Shown: one piece after another, positions 1 through 9,522 of the stretch
Layout of the letters: each line of letters begins with the position of its first letter
Numbering within the stretch: the stretch's first letter is position 1
DNA from: Ignavibacteriota bacterium
Lineage (GTDB): Bacteria; Bacteroidota; Ignavibacteria; Palsa-1295
DNA: 64,000 bases
Direction: 5' to 3'
Assembly (NCBI GenBank): GCA_963787835.1
Contig: CAWBEI010000002.1
Location: forward strand, 896,001-960,000
Position numbers and translations under genes: made by a program
Notes under the pieces: model-generated
Told to the model about the DNA's origin: nothing
Databases searched by the model: none
What the model saw: the letters and a program-made list of their open reading frames with translations, nothing else

Positions 1-283
1 ATTTGCTTCCGCTCAACAGTCCGTTAATTTCTACCGACACTGGTCCTGCCGCGCCATGCCCACTCATCGGTATCGCCGCTCGTATCAGCGTATCGGTTTG
101 CGAAAGAACGGCGAGCGTGCTATCCGCGATATGAACCGTTGCTCCCGAGCTTGTGATAAAACTTCCGTAGCAAAGTAGAATGCTGCTATCCTCATCGATG
201 GCAACACTATCGAGAATCGGCATCTGTGCTCGTGCATTTTGCGCAAGGCAGAGCATGATCGAGATGAGAATGAAGAATCTCAT
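1..283 (-). CDS. Secreted protein, partial (runs off window start)
   Basis: Own translation from ATG at 283: MRFFILISIMLCLAQNARAQMPILDSVAIDED...; signal-peptide-like N-terminus, open to position 1. Confidence 0.7.
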   Translation of the reverse strand, partial: MRFFILISIMLCLAQNARAQMPILDSVAIDEDSSILLCYGSFITSSGATVHIADSTLAVLSQTDTLIRAAIPMSGHGAAGPVSVEINGLLSGSK

Positions 284-375
284 TCTTGTTTGATAAACTG
301 TACGCGCATAGGCTCCCTTCCATTCCAAGAAAGCAGTATGGGAGCGTTTTCGTTCTTTAGGTACTGCGAATTGAC

Positions 376-1659
376 CTACGCCGCTTTCGGCGCCGCCAGT
401 CCGCCGTGGGTAACAAGTGCTACGCGAGCTGCGCTGCCCATTCTTCCGAGCGCGGCATTCAGCGCGTCCTGCGGGGAATCGCTTTGGTGGAACCCAAATT
501 TCAGCGGGTCATTCATCCCGGCGCCATGTGTAACGAACGTAACGCGTGATGCCGTGTCCAGCACTTCCTTCATTGCTATGAACATCGAACCGAGCAAAGG
601 ATGCCGGGAAAGTTCACCTTTATTGCTCATTTGAACCAGCATCTCGCGCGATTCCGTTAAATGCCTCGCGAGCGTTGCCGAGAGTGTCGATACTGCTTCG
701 AGCAATGGCGAAACAATGACGATCTCGCCGCCCTGTTTCAACATTCCAAGCGCAGCAAACAGCGCGTGCGAGGCCTGGAAGATATTGGTATCGAACGGAT
801 GGGAATCGATCATTACAATATCCGCCCGTTCGGGAACCGTGAAACTGTACATCTGCGATGCAACGTCCGCGCTCACACGATACACGCTCGAAGGAGCGCC
901 CGCCACACAGGCTGTGGTGGTAAGCGTTCGATCGATCACGACATCGATGCAGAACTTAAAGGCCGGCACAAAGTTCAATAGCTCGCGGATCATCGTGCGC
1001 GCAGCATTTTCGGAATGGCCAAGCACCGTGGATGCCGACTCGTTCGCGGTCGTGAGATAAACCTCAGCCATTACATCCTCATGCGCAAGTCCGGGGAAAA
1101 TAAGCGAACCACCGCCGGTAAAACCCTTGTAGCGATTCGGATACGTACCACCAATGCCGATCACAAGCGAAGCATCACGTAAACGGGCATCCGCCTTGAT
1201 CGTAACGGGGCCGCTTGCTGTGTGCGCGGTGCCGAAGGTGTGAAAATCCCGCTCATGCTCATTCAGCGCGGATTGAAATACACCATATTTCCGGCGCATT
1301 TCCGTACCAATCTTGCGATCGACCTCGGCATTCGAACTGGCGCGATGTCCGCTGTTGGCGAGCAGCACCGTAACGTTCGAATCCTTCACTCCAGCCTCGT
1401 GCAGGGCTTGTGCAATGTGGTAGAAGGGATAGACGGTCGGGGTAGGCTCTAAGGCGTCATCGAGCACGATGAGGACGCGGTCGTCCGGAGTAGCCAATTC
1501 CGAAAGTTTTGGGCTATTGACCGGATGCTCGAAGGCATCGTGCAAAATCTTTTCCCGATCGGCATGAGCAGTTTCAAGTGGACTATACGTGCCAATTAAA
1601 TTGGCGTCGGGGATCTCAACTTCTCGAACTTTGGGGTAATAGGTGTAGTAGTATTGCAT
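376..1659 (-). CDS. LarA (lactate racemase, DUF2088) family protein, divergent active site
   Basis: P-x-x-SPKLSEL, ANSGHR, GFTGGG-x-x-IFPG and LKQGGEIVIVSP motifs match LarA-family layout. Confidence 0.8.
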   Translation of the reverse strand: MQYYYTYYPKVREVEIPDANLIGTYSPLETAHADREKILHDAFEHPVNSPKLSELATPDDRVLIVLDDALEPTPTVYPFYHIAQALHEAGVKDSNVTVLLANSGHRASSNAEVDRKIGTEMRRKYGVFQSALNEHERDFHTFGTAHTASGPVTIKADARLRDASLVIGIGGTYPNRYKGFTGGGSLIFPGLAHEDVMAEVYLTTANESASTVLGHSENAARTMIRELLNFVPAFKFCIDVVIDRTLTTTACVAGAPSSVYRVSADVASQMYSFTVPERADIVMIDSHPFDTNIFQASHALFAALGMLKQGGEIVIVSPLLEAVSTLSATLARHLTESREMLVQMSNKGELSRHPLLGSMFIAMKEVLDTASRVTFVTHGAGMNDPLKFGFHQSDSPQDALNAALGRMGSAARVALVTHGGLAAPKAA

Positions 1660-1668
1660 GAGGAGGTG

Positions 1669-1870
1669 AACCTGGATTACGCGGATTTGAGCGGATTACG
1701 CGGACGATTTTAGGATTAAATAAGAGAATTATGTCCCATAACACAAAAGCTTATTATGAGGATTCATTTTTCTTTTTGAGGGTCATTGCGGCAATTAGAA
1801 ATAGCAAATATTTCTGGAATACAATCATCCGAAAAATCGTCCGCGTAATCCGCTCAAATCCGCGTAATCA
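1669..1870. mobile_element. Non-autonomous inverted-repeat element (GGATTACGCGGA family)
   Basis: GGATTACGCGGATTTGAGCGGATTACGCGGACGATTT is inverted at 1834-1869; same ends flank the GxxExxY gene at 57560-58140. Confidence 0.75.
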
Positions 1871-1906
1871 GCATGACCGATCATGCGTGGTTCTGTCCTT
1901 CCCGGC

Positions 1907-2980
1907 TCACCCGGCCTTCATAAGCCGCTCCGCTCGATCCGCAACGCGCAGTGCTTCGATCACGCCATCGAGTTCTCCTTCCATTACTTCGGCGAGATTA
2001 TACATCGTGAGGTCGATGCGGTGATCCGTGAGTCGGTTCTGCGGGAAATTGTAAGTGCGAATTTTTTCCGAGCGGTCGCCGGAGCCGATCATCGAGCGGC
2101 GCTCGGCGGAGTATTTTTCTTCGGATTCGCGCTTGGCTTTTTCATACACACGCGCGCGCATGACCTTCATCGCCTTATTGCGATTCTTTAACTGCGAGCG
2201 TTCCTCCTGACAGCTTACCACGATTCCAGTCGGAATATGCGTAAGCCGAACGGCGGTTTCGACTTTGTTGACATTCTGCCCGCCTTTGCCGCCGGAACGA
2301 AATATATCCACGCGAATATCGTTGGGATTGATATCGATCTCGATCTCTTCGACTTCCGGCAGCACCGCAACGGATGCCGCGCTGGTATGCACGCGCCCCT
2401 GCGTCTCCGTTTTCGGCACTCGCTGCACGCGGTGCACGCCGGATTCGAATTTCATCTTCGCATACACATCCGTTCCCGATAGTGAGAACGAGACTTCCTT
2501 ATAGCCATCGATCGTCCCTTCGTTCACTTCGATCACTTCGAGCTTCCAACCTTGCCGTTCCGCAAATCGCGAATACATCCGGAAGAGATCGCCCGCAAAG
2601 ATAGCAGCTTCATCGCCGCCGGTTCCCGCGCGAATTTCGACGATAGAATCTCGGGAATCATTCGGGTCGGGAGGAATGAGCAGAAATTTGATCTCCTCTT
2701 CCACTTTGGTGTGTTCCGCCTCCAGCGAACGAAGTTCTTCCTCCGCCATCGCGCGCATTTCGGGATCGCGGGTATCTCGCAGCACTTCGCGCGCGCCTTC
2801 GATATTCCGCGTCAGCCGGTCATACTGATGATACGCCGCTTCGACCGGCTCCAGCACACGCCGTTCCTTCGAAAGCGAGCGCAGTTTGTCCAGATCGGAG
2901 GCAATAGCGGGGTCTTCCAGATCCCTCGCGATGCCTTCGAATTTCAGGTGTACCTGCCGCAGCTTTTCTAATAGATCCAT
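1907..2980 (-). CDS. prfA: Peptide chain release factor 1
   Basis: GGQ motif, [11 protein letters not shown] (PxT specificity motif of RF1), [10 protein letters not shown]. Confidence 0.97.
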   Translation of the reverse strand: MDLLEKLRQVHLKFEGIARDLEDPAIASDLDKLRSLSKERRVLEPVEAAYHQYDRLTRNIEGAREVLRDTRDPEMRAMAEEELRSLEAEHTKVEEEIKFLLIPPDPNDSRDSIVEIRAGTGGDEAAIFAGDLFRMYSRFAERQGWKLEVIEVNEGTIDGYKEVSFSLSGTDVYAKMKFESGVHRVQRVPKTETQGRVHTSAASVAVLPEVEEIEIDINPNDIRVDIFRSGGKGGQNVNKVETAVRLTHIPTGIVVSCQEERSQLKNRNKAMKVMRARVYEKAKRESEEKYSAERRSMIGSGDRSEKIRTYNFPQNRLTDHRIDLTMYNLAEVMEGELDGVIEALRVADRAERLMKAG

Positions 2981-3025
2981 AAGTGGGCGGTAAACGCGAT
3001 TGGGAGGGAGATAATCCCAAGAAGC

Positions 3026-3325
3026 CTAAAACCGGCGCCTCAAATTCTTCTTGCTTCGCCGGTTATGATAGATTGCAATAATTCCGATTTCTTCCGTGCT
3101 ATCGACGATATATAAAATTCTGTAGGGAAATCGGCGGTCGAGCGGCCATGCTCGCAAATTATCATTCTCGGCTGGATAGCGAAATGGATCTTCCGCGATC
3201 AGATCATAGACACGATCAACCTCTTCTTTAAATCGCCTCGCAGATCGAGGTGATTCTTCATCAATGTAATACTCAATCGCTTGGGCAAAATCCCGCTCGG
3301 CTTCCGAGCGTGTACGAATGGTCAT
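3026..3325 (-). CDS. RelE/ParE family toxin
   Basis: 99 aa, RRFPYRILY...IIAIYH-x-RR pattern; overlaps upstream small ORF by 4 nt. Confidence 0.85.
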   Translation of the reverse strand: MTIRTRSEAERDFAQAIEYYIDEESPRSARRFKEEVDRVYDLIAEDPFRYPAENDNLRAWPLDRRFPYRILYIVDSTEEIGIIAIYHNRRSKKNLRRRF

Positions 3326-3567
3326 GCCCTTTTTCGTTCGGCGGCTACGATCATTTTTTCTGCCATATTCATCATGTGTTCTTTTGTCACATACGTACCT
3401 TCACCCCGGCGATGGGCATCCAAACGCCGAGACAATTCCCGTTGACTAACGCTATACTCATCATCGATCTCTGCGAGATGATGCTTAATTTCCTCGGCAA
3501 GCTTGCGCTGGCTTTCCGTGTCCAATTCAAGAACTTCTGTTCGGACTTGTTCGAAGGATTTATCCAT
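3322..3567 (-). CDS. Addiction-module antitoxin
   Basis: 81 aa acidic ORF with ELSRRL-x-x-x-x-x-G motif, coupled to the toxin. Confidence 0.8.
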   Translation of the reverse strand: MDKSFEQVRTEVLELDTESQRKLAEEIKHHLAEIDDEYSVSQRELSRRLDAHRRGEGTYVTKEHMMNMAEKMIVAAERKRA

Positions 3568-3609
3568 ATTTATTTTAACTCAAAAACGGGAGGCATCGTG
3601 CCAAGGGTA

Positions 3610-4995
3610 TTACGCCACCACTTCCTCCCCACTCACCACCAACTCCGGCACCACCCCTTTCATCTTCGAGAAGCCGCCGTGAACATTCACGATATTCTCG
3701 AAATCGTGCCGGCGCATCAGGCTTGCGGCGATCATCGAGCGGTAACCACCGCCGCAATGGATGAGATATTCCGCTGTCGGGTCAAGTTCCGAGAGCCTTG
3801 ATTCTAATTCCCCAAGTGGAATAAATTTCGCGCCTTCGATATGTCCATTTGCCCATTCTCCGGGATTTCGCACATCGAGCACTTTGGCGGAAGCACTCGC
3901 ATCTGCAAATTCTTCCGGTTCGATCGAGCGAAGTGTTTCCACCTTGCGGCCAGCTTTGAACCATGTCTCAAAACCACCTTGGAGATAACCACGCACATTC
4001 TCATATCCAATGCGCGCAAGCCGGCGAACGGCTTCTTCTTCGCGTCCTTGAGGAGCAACAATAACGAGTGGAGTTGAAATAGCAATAAGCGTCCCAACCC
4101 ACCAGGCATATTTATCATCCAAACCAATGTTGATCGCATTGGGAATGAATCCCTCTTCGAACACAAGCGGACTTCGCGCATCGAGAACAACTGCGCCATC
4201 GGCAATGGCTGCATCGAACGCCGTGAGCGTGAGAGCTTGCACATTTTTTGTCAGCACTTCCGCAAGCGGTGCGTAGCCGCGCTTGTTGATCTTTGCATCC
4301 TCGAAATAATATTGCGGCGGGGCTGCAAGTCCGTGCGTGAGCGTATCGACGAATGCTTCGCGCGTCATGGTTTGCAGCGCGTAGTTCGTCTTCTTTTGCA
4401 CACCGAGTGTGGACCATGTTTCCTTCCCGATGTTCTTCCCGCATGCCGAACCCGGCCCGTGCGCGGGATAAACCGTGAGATTATCCGGTAATGCCTTTAA
4501 TCTCTGCATCGAATCATAGGACATGGAAGCAAGCTGCTCTTTCGTCATAGTTCCACCGAGCAGATCGGGCCTTCCGATATCTCCCACAAACAGTGTGTCG
4601 CCCGTGAAGATCGCTTTCTGGGTTCCCGTTTCATCGCGCAGCAGATAGCATGTCGATTCCGGTGTGTGCCCCGGCGTGTGCATCGCTTCGATGGTTATGT
4701 TGCCGATGCGGAAAATTTCTCCATCGTGTGCTTCGTGAACAGCGTAATTCGTATCGGCGCCTGGACCGAAGACGATCGTTGCGCCCGTCGCTGCGGCAAG
4801 ATCGAGGTGGCCGGAAACGAAATCGGCGTGAACGTGTGTCTCAAAAACATACTTTATCTTCGTTCCACGCGAGGCCGCCATTTGGACATACGCATCCGTT
4901 TCGCGAATGGGATCCACAATAGCCGCTTCACCCTCGGATTCAATATAATACGCCGCTTCGGCCAGACAATTGGTGTAGAGTTGTTCGATGTACAT
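3610..4995 (-). CDS. MBL-fold hydrolase with two rhodanese domains (persulfide dioxygenase/sulfurtransferase-like)
   Basis: THVHADF, HTPGHTPES, TGDTLFVGD, PAHG and C-terminal HCGGGYRS; start placed at MYIEQ. Confidence 0.9.
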   Translation of the reverse strand: MYIEQLYTNCLAEAAYYIESEGEAAIVDPIRETDAYVQMAASRGTKIKYVFETHVHADFVSGHLDLAAATGATIVFGPGADTNYAVHEAHDGEIFRIGNITIEAMHTPGHTPESTCYLLRDETGTQKAIFTGDTLFVGDIGRPDLLGGTMTKEQLASMSYDSMQRLKALPDNLTVYPAHGPGSACGKNIGKETWSTLGVQKKTNYALQTMTREAFVDTLTHGLAAPPQYYFEDAKINKRGYAPLAEVLTKNVQALTLTAFDAAIADGAVVLDARSPLVFEEGFIPNAINIGLDDKYAWWVGTLIAISTPLVIVAPQGREEEAVRRLARIGYENVRGYLQGGFETWFKAGRKVETLRSIEPEEFADASASAKVLDVRNPGEWANGHIEGAKFIPLGELESRLSELDPTAEYLIHCGGGYRSMIAASLMRRHDFENIVNVHGGFSKMKGVVPELVVSGEEVVA

Positions 4996-5038
4996 CAATT
5001 TGAAAATGCTTACATCTCCCACATAATTCCTTCGCATC

Positions 5039-5105
5039 GTAGCTGTGACCTTTAGGTCACGGTCGCGGAGCGTGATAAACGCCGTGACTTAAAAGTCACG
5101 GCTAC
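5039..5105. repeat. GTAG-type REP doublet
   Basis: GTAGCTGTGACCTTTAGGTCACG ... CGTGACTTAAAAGTCACGGCTAC. Confidence 0.75.
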
Positions 5106-5140
5106 GAGGCATTACCATTAAAAGCCGTATTTTTGTGCAG

Positions 5141-5912
5141 ATGTCAAATGAATTCAGCTTCCAAAGCCGCGAGGAAAAGAAGAGCTACGTCGAACGCATG
5201 TTCGGCCAGATCGCCCGGCGATACGATTTTTTCAACCATTTTCTATCTTTAGGATTCGATTATGCTTGGCGGCGTAAGGCCATTGAAGTGTTGCGTGAAC
5301 GTTTAAACTCCCCCTCCTATGAAGCAAAGCGGAATAGGAGGGGGCTGGGGGGTGGTCTCCCGGCGATTCTCGATATTGCCTGCGGGACGGGCGATCTATC
5401 CTTCGAAGCGTTATCACAAATACCCAACGCCCAGCAAACTGGTGTTGACCTTGCCGAGCCGATGCTCGAACTCTTTCGAAAAAAGGCAAATGAAAAGCAT
5501 CTTCAGATTCGAATTGAGCGGGGAGATGTCGAAGCCCTGCAATTTGCCGATAATTCGTTCGATGGAGTAACCATCGGCTTTGGAACCCGTAACTTTACCG
5601 ACTTGCTGACCGCATTCCGAGAAATTCATCGGGTTCTGAGGCCGGGAGGCGTGTTCGTAAATCTTGAACTCGCGCGGCCACGAATGTTTCCGATGAAGCA
5701 GCTCTATCATTTTTATTTCGATATGCTCTTGCCGGCCTTTGCTACGATGTTTTCGGGACACCGTTCGGCGTACCGGTATCTGCCGGATTCGCTTCGCCGG
5801 TTCCCGGACCTGGAAGCGCTGGCAGCCATCATGACGGAAGCTGGGTTCCAGAAAGTGAAATGGGAAACCCGTACGGGCAGGAATTGTTGCTATTCATTCA
5901 GGTGCAAAGTGA
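5141..5912 (+). CDS. menG: Demethylmenaquinone methyltransferase (UbiE/MenG); one extra base near 5875
   Basis: MF-x-x-IA-x-x-YD-x-x-NH-x-LS-x-G, ILDIACGTGD, GFGTRN, AYRYLPDS; canonical end GIVAIHSGAK-stop lies in the +1 frame. Confidence 0.9.
5308..5356 (+). repeat. Intragenic palindromic element (CCCCCTCCT..AGGAGGGGG..GGGGGTGGT family) in menG
   Basis: 11-bp stem CCCCCTCCTAT/ATAGGAGGGGG plus tail CTGGGGGGTGGT. Confidence 0.9.
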
Positions 5913-5926
5913 TTTTGAGGCTACAT

Positions 5927-6002
5927 AGACTCAGTGGACTGTGTGGACTCGATGGACAGCACATCTGTCCATTGAGTCCAAGCTGTCCACTGCCGTCCAC
6001 TA
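5927..6002. repeat. Inverted array of ~9-nt TGGAC/GTCCA units
   Basis: GTGGACTGTGTGGACTCGATGGACAG...CTGTCCATTGAGTCCAAGCTGTCCAC. Confidence 0.7.
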
Positions 6003-6018
6003 GAAACAAGCAACCACA

Positions 6019-7611
6019 TTGAAAGAACAAATAAAAGCCCTGTCGAAAGAAACGCTGATCTATGGCGCGAGCACCGTCATCGGGCGGTTCCTGAATTTTC
6101 TGCTTGTTCCGTTCTATGTGAATGTGCTCGACCCCTCGATGTACGGTGTCTCGGCCTCGATGTACACCTACATGAGCTTCTTCAATATTATTTACACGAT
6201 GGGACTGGAATCGGCGTTCTTTCGCTATGCCTCACGTGGCGATAATGAAAAGCGAAGCACTGATGAAGAAAAGAAATTATTCAGTGGCCCATTCCTTTTT
6301 GTGTTATTGTTCGGCGGGTTCCTGAGCTTCATTATTATAATTTTGGCGCCCATTCTTGTCAGCCCAGTCTTTCACGATCCAAAGATCGACATCACGCCGT
6401 GGATCCCGGAATTTATAAGAATACTCCGCATCAGCGCGATCATTATATTGCTTGATAGTCTGAACTTTTTACCATTTGCAGCCTTGCGGATCGACCGGCG
6501 TGCCAAGTGGTTCGGCGTGATACGCCTGACGGGAATTGTTCTTACGCTTTCGCTCAATCTTATCTTTATTGTTGGACTTCACAAAGGCGTGGATGGAATA
6601 TTTGTCGCCAACCTCATCGCGTCCGCAACAATGCTTGCCATGCTTACGCCGACGATCGCGCGACGATTCGAATTCAAGATCTCCCGACCTGTGATGAAGA
6701 AGCTTTTTCCATTCGGGTTAACGAATGTGCCTGCTTCGCTCAGCGCAATGATGGTGCAGGTGATCGACCGGCCTATCGTGCAGGCATTCCTTGGGCTTGC
6801 CATGCTTGGCGTGTATCAGGCGAATTATCGCATGGGAATTATCATGATGGTCTTCGTAAGCTTGTTCGAGTATGCGTGGCGGCCTTTTTTTCTGCGAGAA
6901 TCCCGAACCGATGATAAACGTGCTCGCCAGATCTTCTCGCGGGTGTTCACCTATTTCATGGTTATAGCGTGCATGGGGTTCCTGGTGCTTGCGCTGTTTT
7001 TACCGGACGTGCTTTCCATACATCTGCCTCTCATTCATCACGCTATTTTTCGAAAGAAAGAATATCTTGTAGGGTTGAATATCATTCCCGTTGTTCTGGC
7101 TGCGTATATTTTTCAGGGAATGTACACGAACTTCATTGCGGGAATATATATAAAAGAGTATAATAAGGTACTGCCATTCGTGACGGGCCTTGGCGCGGCA
7201 GTGAATATCGTTACCAATATCATTCTCATTCCAATTATGGGAATTATGGGCGCAGCATTGGCAACACTCTTTGCATACATGGCGATGGCTGGTGCGTTAT
7301 ATACGCAATCCCAGAAGGTCTATTATATCAAATATGACTGGCGCCGCGTGGGGCTTGTCGCGGCGCTCGTGCTGATCGGCTTCTTTGTGGATTATTGCTT
7401 TGTCAGTCCTTCGCTCAATATTGCAGAACGAGTTCTCATTAAACTTGCGTTGCTTGCTGCTATTACGATCATACTCTTCCTAAGTGGATTTTTCTCGAAA
7501 GGGGAGATCGAGACGATACGCGCCATCATCCGGGTTCGACGAACACCGCGATTTAATCCGGAAGCAATGCCGGAACCATTAGAAACAAGCCAGGAGCGGC
7601 AGGAAGGCTAA
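6019..7611 (+). CDS. Polysaccharide flippase (Wzx/MATE-like)
   Basis: LSKETLIYG...RFLNFLLVPFY start, ~14 hydrophobic segments, G-x-MGAALATL. Confidence 0.88.
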   Translation: MKEQIKALSKETLIYGASTVIGRFLNFLLVPFYVNVLDPSMYGVSASMYTYMSFFNIIYTMGLESAFFRYASRGDNEKRSTDEEKKLFSGPFLFVLLFGGFLSFIIIILAPILVSPVFHDPKIDITPWIPEFIRILRISAIIILLDSLNFLPFAALRIDRRAKWFGVIRLTGIVLTLSLNLIFIVGLHKGVDGIFVANLIASATMLAMLTPTIARRFEFKISRPVMKKLFPFGLTNVPASLSAMMVQVIDRPIVQAFLGLAMLGVYQANYRMGIIMMVFVSLFEYAWRPFFLRESRTDDKRARQIFSRVFTYFMVIACMGFLVLALFLPDVLSIHLPLIHHAIFRKKEYLVGLNIIPVVLAAYIFQGMYTNFIAGIYIKEYNKVLPFVTGLGAAVNIVTNIILIPIMGIMGAALATLFAYMAMAGALYTQSQKVYYIKYDWRRVGLVAALVLIGFFVDYCFVSPSLNIAERVLIKLALLAAITIILFLSGFFSKGEIETIRAIIRVRRTPRFNPEAMPEPLETSQERQEG

Positions 7612-7638
7612 GCAGCCCTTAAAATTGACTCTTCAGAC

Positions 7639-8391
7639 TTATTGAAGAATAATATCATGGCTATCGTTGGTATAGGTTACCATGATATAGTTATCCCCAT
7701 TGGTGGCCCGTCCAATTTTATACACGCCCCGTGAAACAGAAATAGTGGCGTGTCCTTTCGGAATTAGCGAGAGACTGGAAGACGGAATAACATACGTACC
7801 CGCTGAACCTGAAATTTCATCCGAATAGCCTTGACCACCTCCGTATGGAATAACTATTAATAATGTCGTTTCAGCACTATTACCGGCATTCCACGTAATA
7901 GTGAGGTTAGAATCCTCGCTTACGTACGAAACATTTGCTGGAGAGGATATAGATAGTGAATCGAATGGCCCTTGAAGCGAATCGCTGATTGCCGGGACGG
8001 AGCCCGAGCCCTGAACATTCCAATATTGACAGGACCCGTTGAGATAAACCGGTGGCCCAGGAAGTAAATAATTCCCGGAATCGATCGACATAGTCACATC
8101 GTTGAATTTTACTGTGCCTGCATTGTACCAGTAGGAGGCGGCGCTATCTCCAAATAATGCCGAAGCATAAGAGACGGTTGGCCAATTGAGGGTATCGGTG
8201 TGCCCACTGATGATCGTATCGAAACCTTCTGCTTTTGCAACCGATGCGATCATGGAGTAATTCACCGGTGTGTCGAGCGTGATGATACCGTAGGTGAACT
8301 TTCCTGTTGCTTTTGTTAATGGACCCTGAGGAGTGGAGCAAGACATGAGCACAAACGGGATACCCATGAGAAGAATAAAAGTCTTAATCAT
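7639..8391 (-). CDS. Hypothetical lipoprotein
   Basis: Lipobox-like LMSC; Ser/Thr-rich, beta-rich sequence. Confidence 0.7.
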   Translation of the reverse strand: MIKTFILLMGIPFVLMSCSTPQGPLTKATGKFTYGIITLDTPVNYSMIASVAKAEGFDTIISGHTDTLNWPTVSYASALFGDSAASYWYNAGTVKFNDVTMSIDSGNYLLPGPPVYLNGSCQYWNVQGSGSVPAISDSLQGPFDSLSISSPANVSYVSEDSNLTITWNAGNSAETTLLIVIPYGGGQGYSDEISGSAGTYVIPSSSLSLIPKGHATISVSRGVYKIGRATNGDNYIMVTYTNDSHDIILQ

Positions 8392-8658
8392 GATTTTTCG
8401 AAATTAAGAGTTAAAAATGCAAGCATTTTATCTAGAGCCCCGAATAGAACGAGACTAAGTCAATTTTCCACCCACATAAGTCAGTTACAAAACAGGGAAA
8501 AATGTAAATACAATTACTATTAGAATTCCACTAGTGTTCCAGTAAAATAAATTCATACTCGGAACTTGCCCTCATATGGAGTAATCTCCGTTTTTTTGCA
8601 CCAAATGATAATATTTACACTTTCACAATATTTTTGAGTTTGTTGATGAACGGAATAA

Positions 8659-9522
8659 TTATCCTCGAGCAATTCTAGAAATGAGTTTATCAACGTAACT
8701 TTGATGCTCCGGGGAAACCGCTTGTTCGACTTTTTTAAGCTGGGCACCGGTCAGCCCAAAGCGGCGCTCGCGAGTTTGGTATTCGCGAATGGCATCATAC
8801 AGATGTTCACGGCGGAAATCCGGCCAGAGGGTTTTCGTTACATGGATCTCGCTGTAAGCGAGTTCCCACAGCAGGAAATTCGAAAGCCGCATTTCGCCGG
8901 ATGTGCGCACAAGCAGATCGGGATCGGGTATTTCGGCAGTCGTTAGTGCAGCGCGGATGGTTTCTTCGGAAATATCTTCCGGCGAGATCTTTCCACTACG
9001 AACATCGAGCGCAATGGCCTGCATGGCATGGATCAAGTCCCAGCGTCCGGAATAACTTAGTGCAAGCGTGAGGGTTAATCCCTTATTTTTCGATGTGCGC
9101 TCGATGGCGTCCGTTAGTTCTTGCTGCACTTGCTTCGGTAGCAGGCTCGTTTGTCCGATCGTTTTGAGCCGCACCCCATTCTCCAACATTTCCGCCATCT
9201 CATCGCGCAGCATTTTGATGAGAAGTCGAAAGAGCATAGACACTTCGCGCTTCGGCCGTTTCCAATTCTCGGTCGAGAAGGCATAGACCGTTAGGTAGCC
9301 GATACCAAGTTCCCTGGAGGAACGCGTCACATCACGAAGGCTCGCAATGCCGGCTTGGTGCCCGGCGGCGCGCGGCAAACCGCGTTCCTCCGCCCAGCGA
9401 CCGTTGCCATCCATAATGACGGCAATATGTCGCGGCAACTTACCCTGTGCGCGTAGTTCAAGCTGGACGCGCTTGTCGTCTTCCGTTTGCTGGTATTTAT
9501 CCGGGCCGAGGAATTTACGCAT
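8659..9522 (-). CDS. uppS: Undecaprenyl diphosphate synthase
   Basis: HIAVIMDGNGRWA, FSTENWKRP, RTSGEMRLSNFLLW. Confidence 0.97.
   Translation of the reverse strand: MRKFLGPDKYQQTEDDKRVQLELRAQGKLPRHIAVIMDGNGRWAEERGLPRAAGHQAGIASLRDVTRSSRELGIGYLTVYAFSTENWKRPKREVSMLFRLLIKMLRDEMAEMLENGVRLKTIGQTSLLPKQVQQELTDAIERTSKNKGLTLTLALSYSGRWDLIHAMQAIALDVRSGKISPEDISEETIRAALTTAEIPDPDLLVRTSGEMRLSNFLLWELAYSEIHVTKTLWPDFRREHLYDAIREYQTRERRFGLTGAQLKKVEQAVSPEHQSYVDKLISRIARG

Noticed and set aside
1731-2024. 97-aa ORF inside the inverted-repeat element
   Set aside because: No GxxExxY motif; runs through the repeat and antisense into prfA
5913-6022. Cys-rich C-terminal extension of MenG
   Set aside because: Explained by the frameshift and read-through into a repeat
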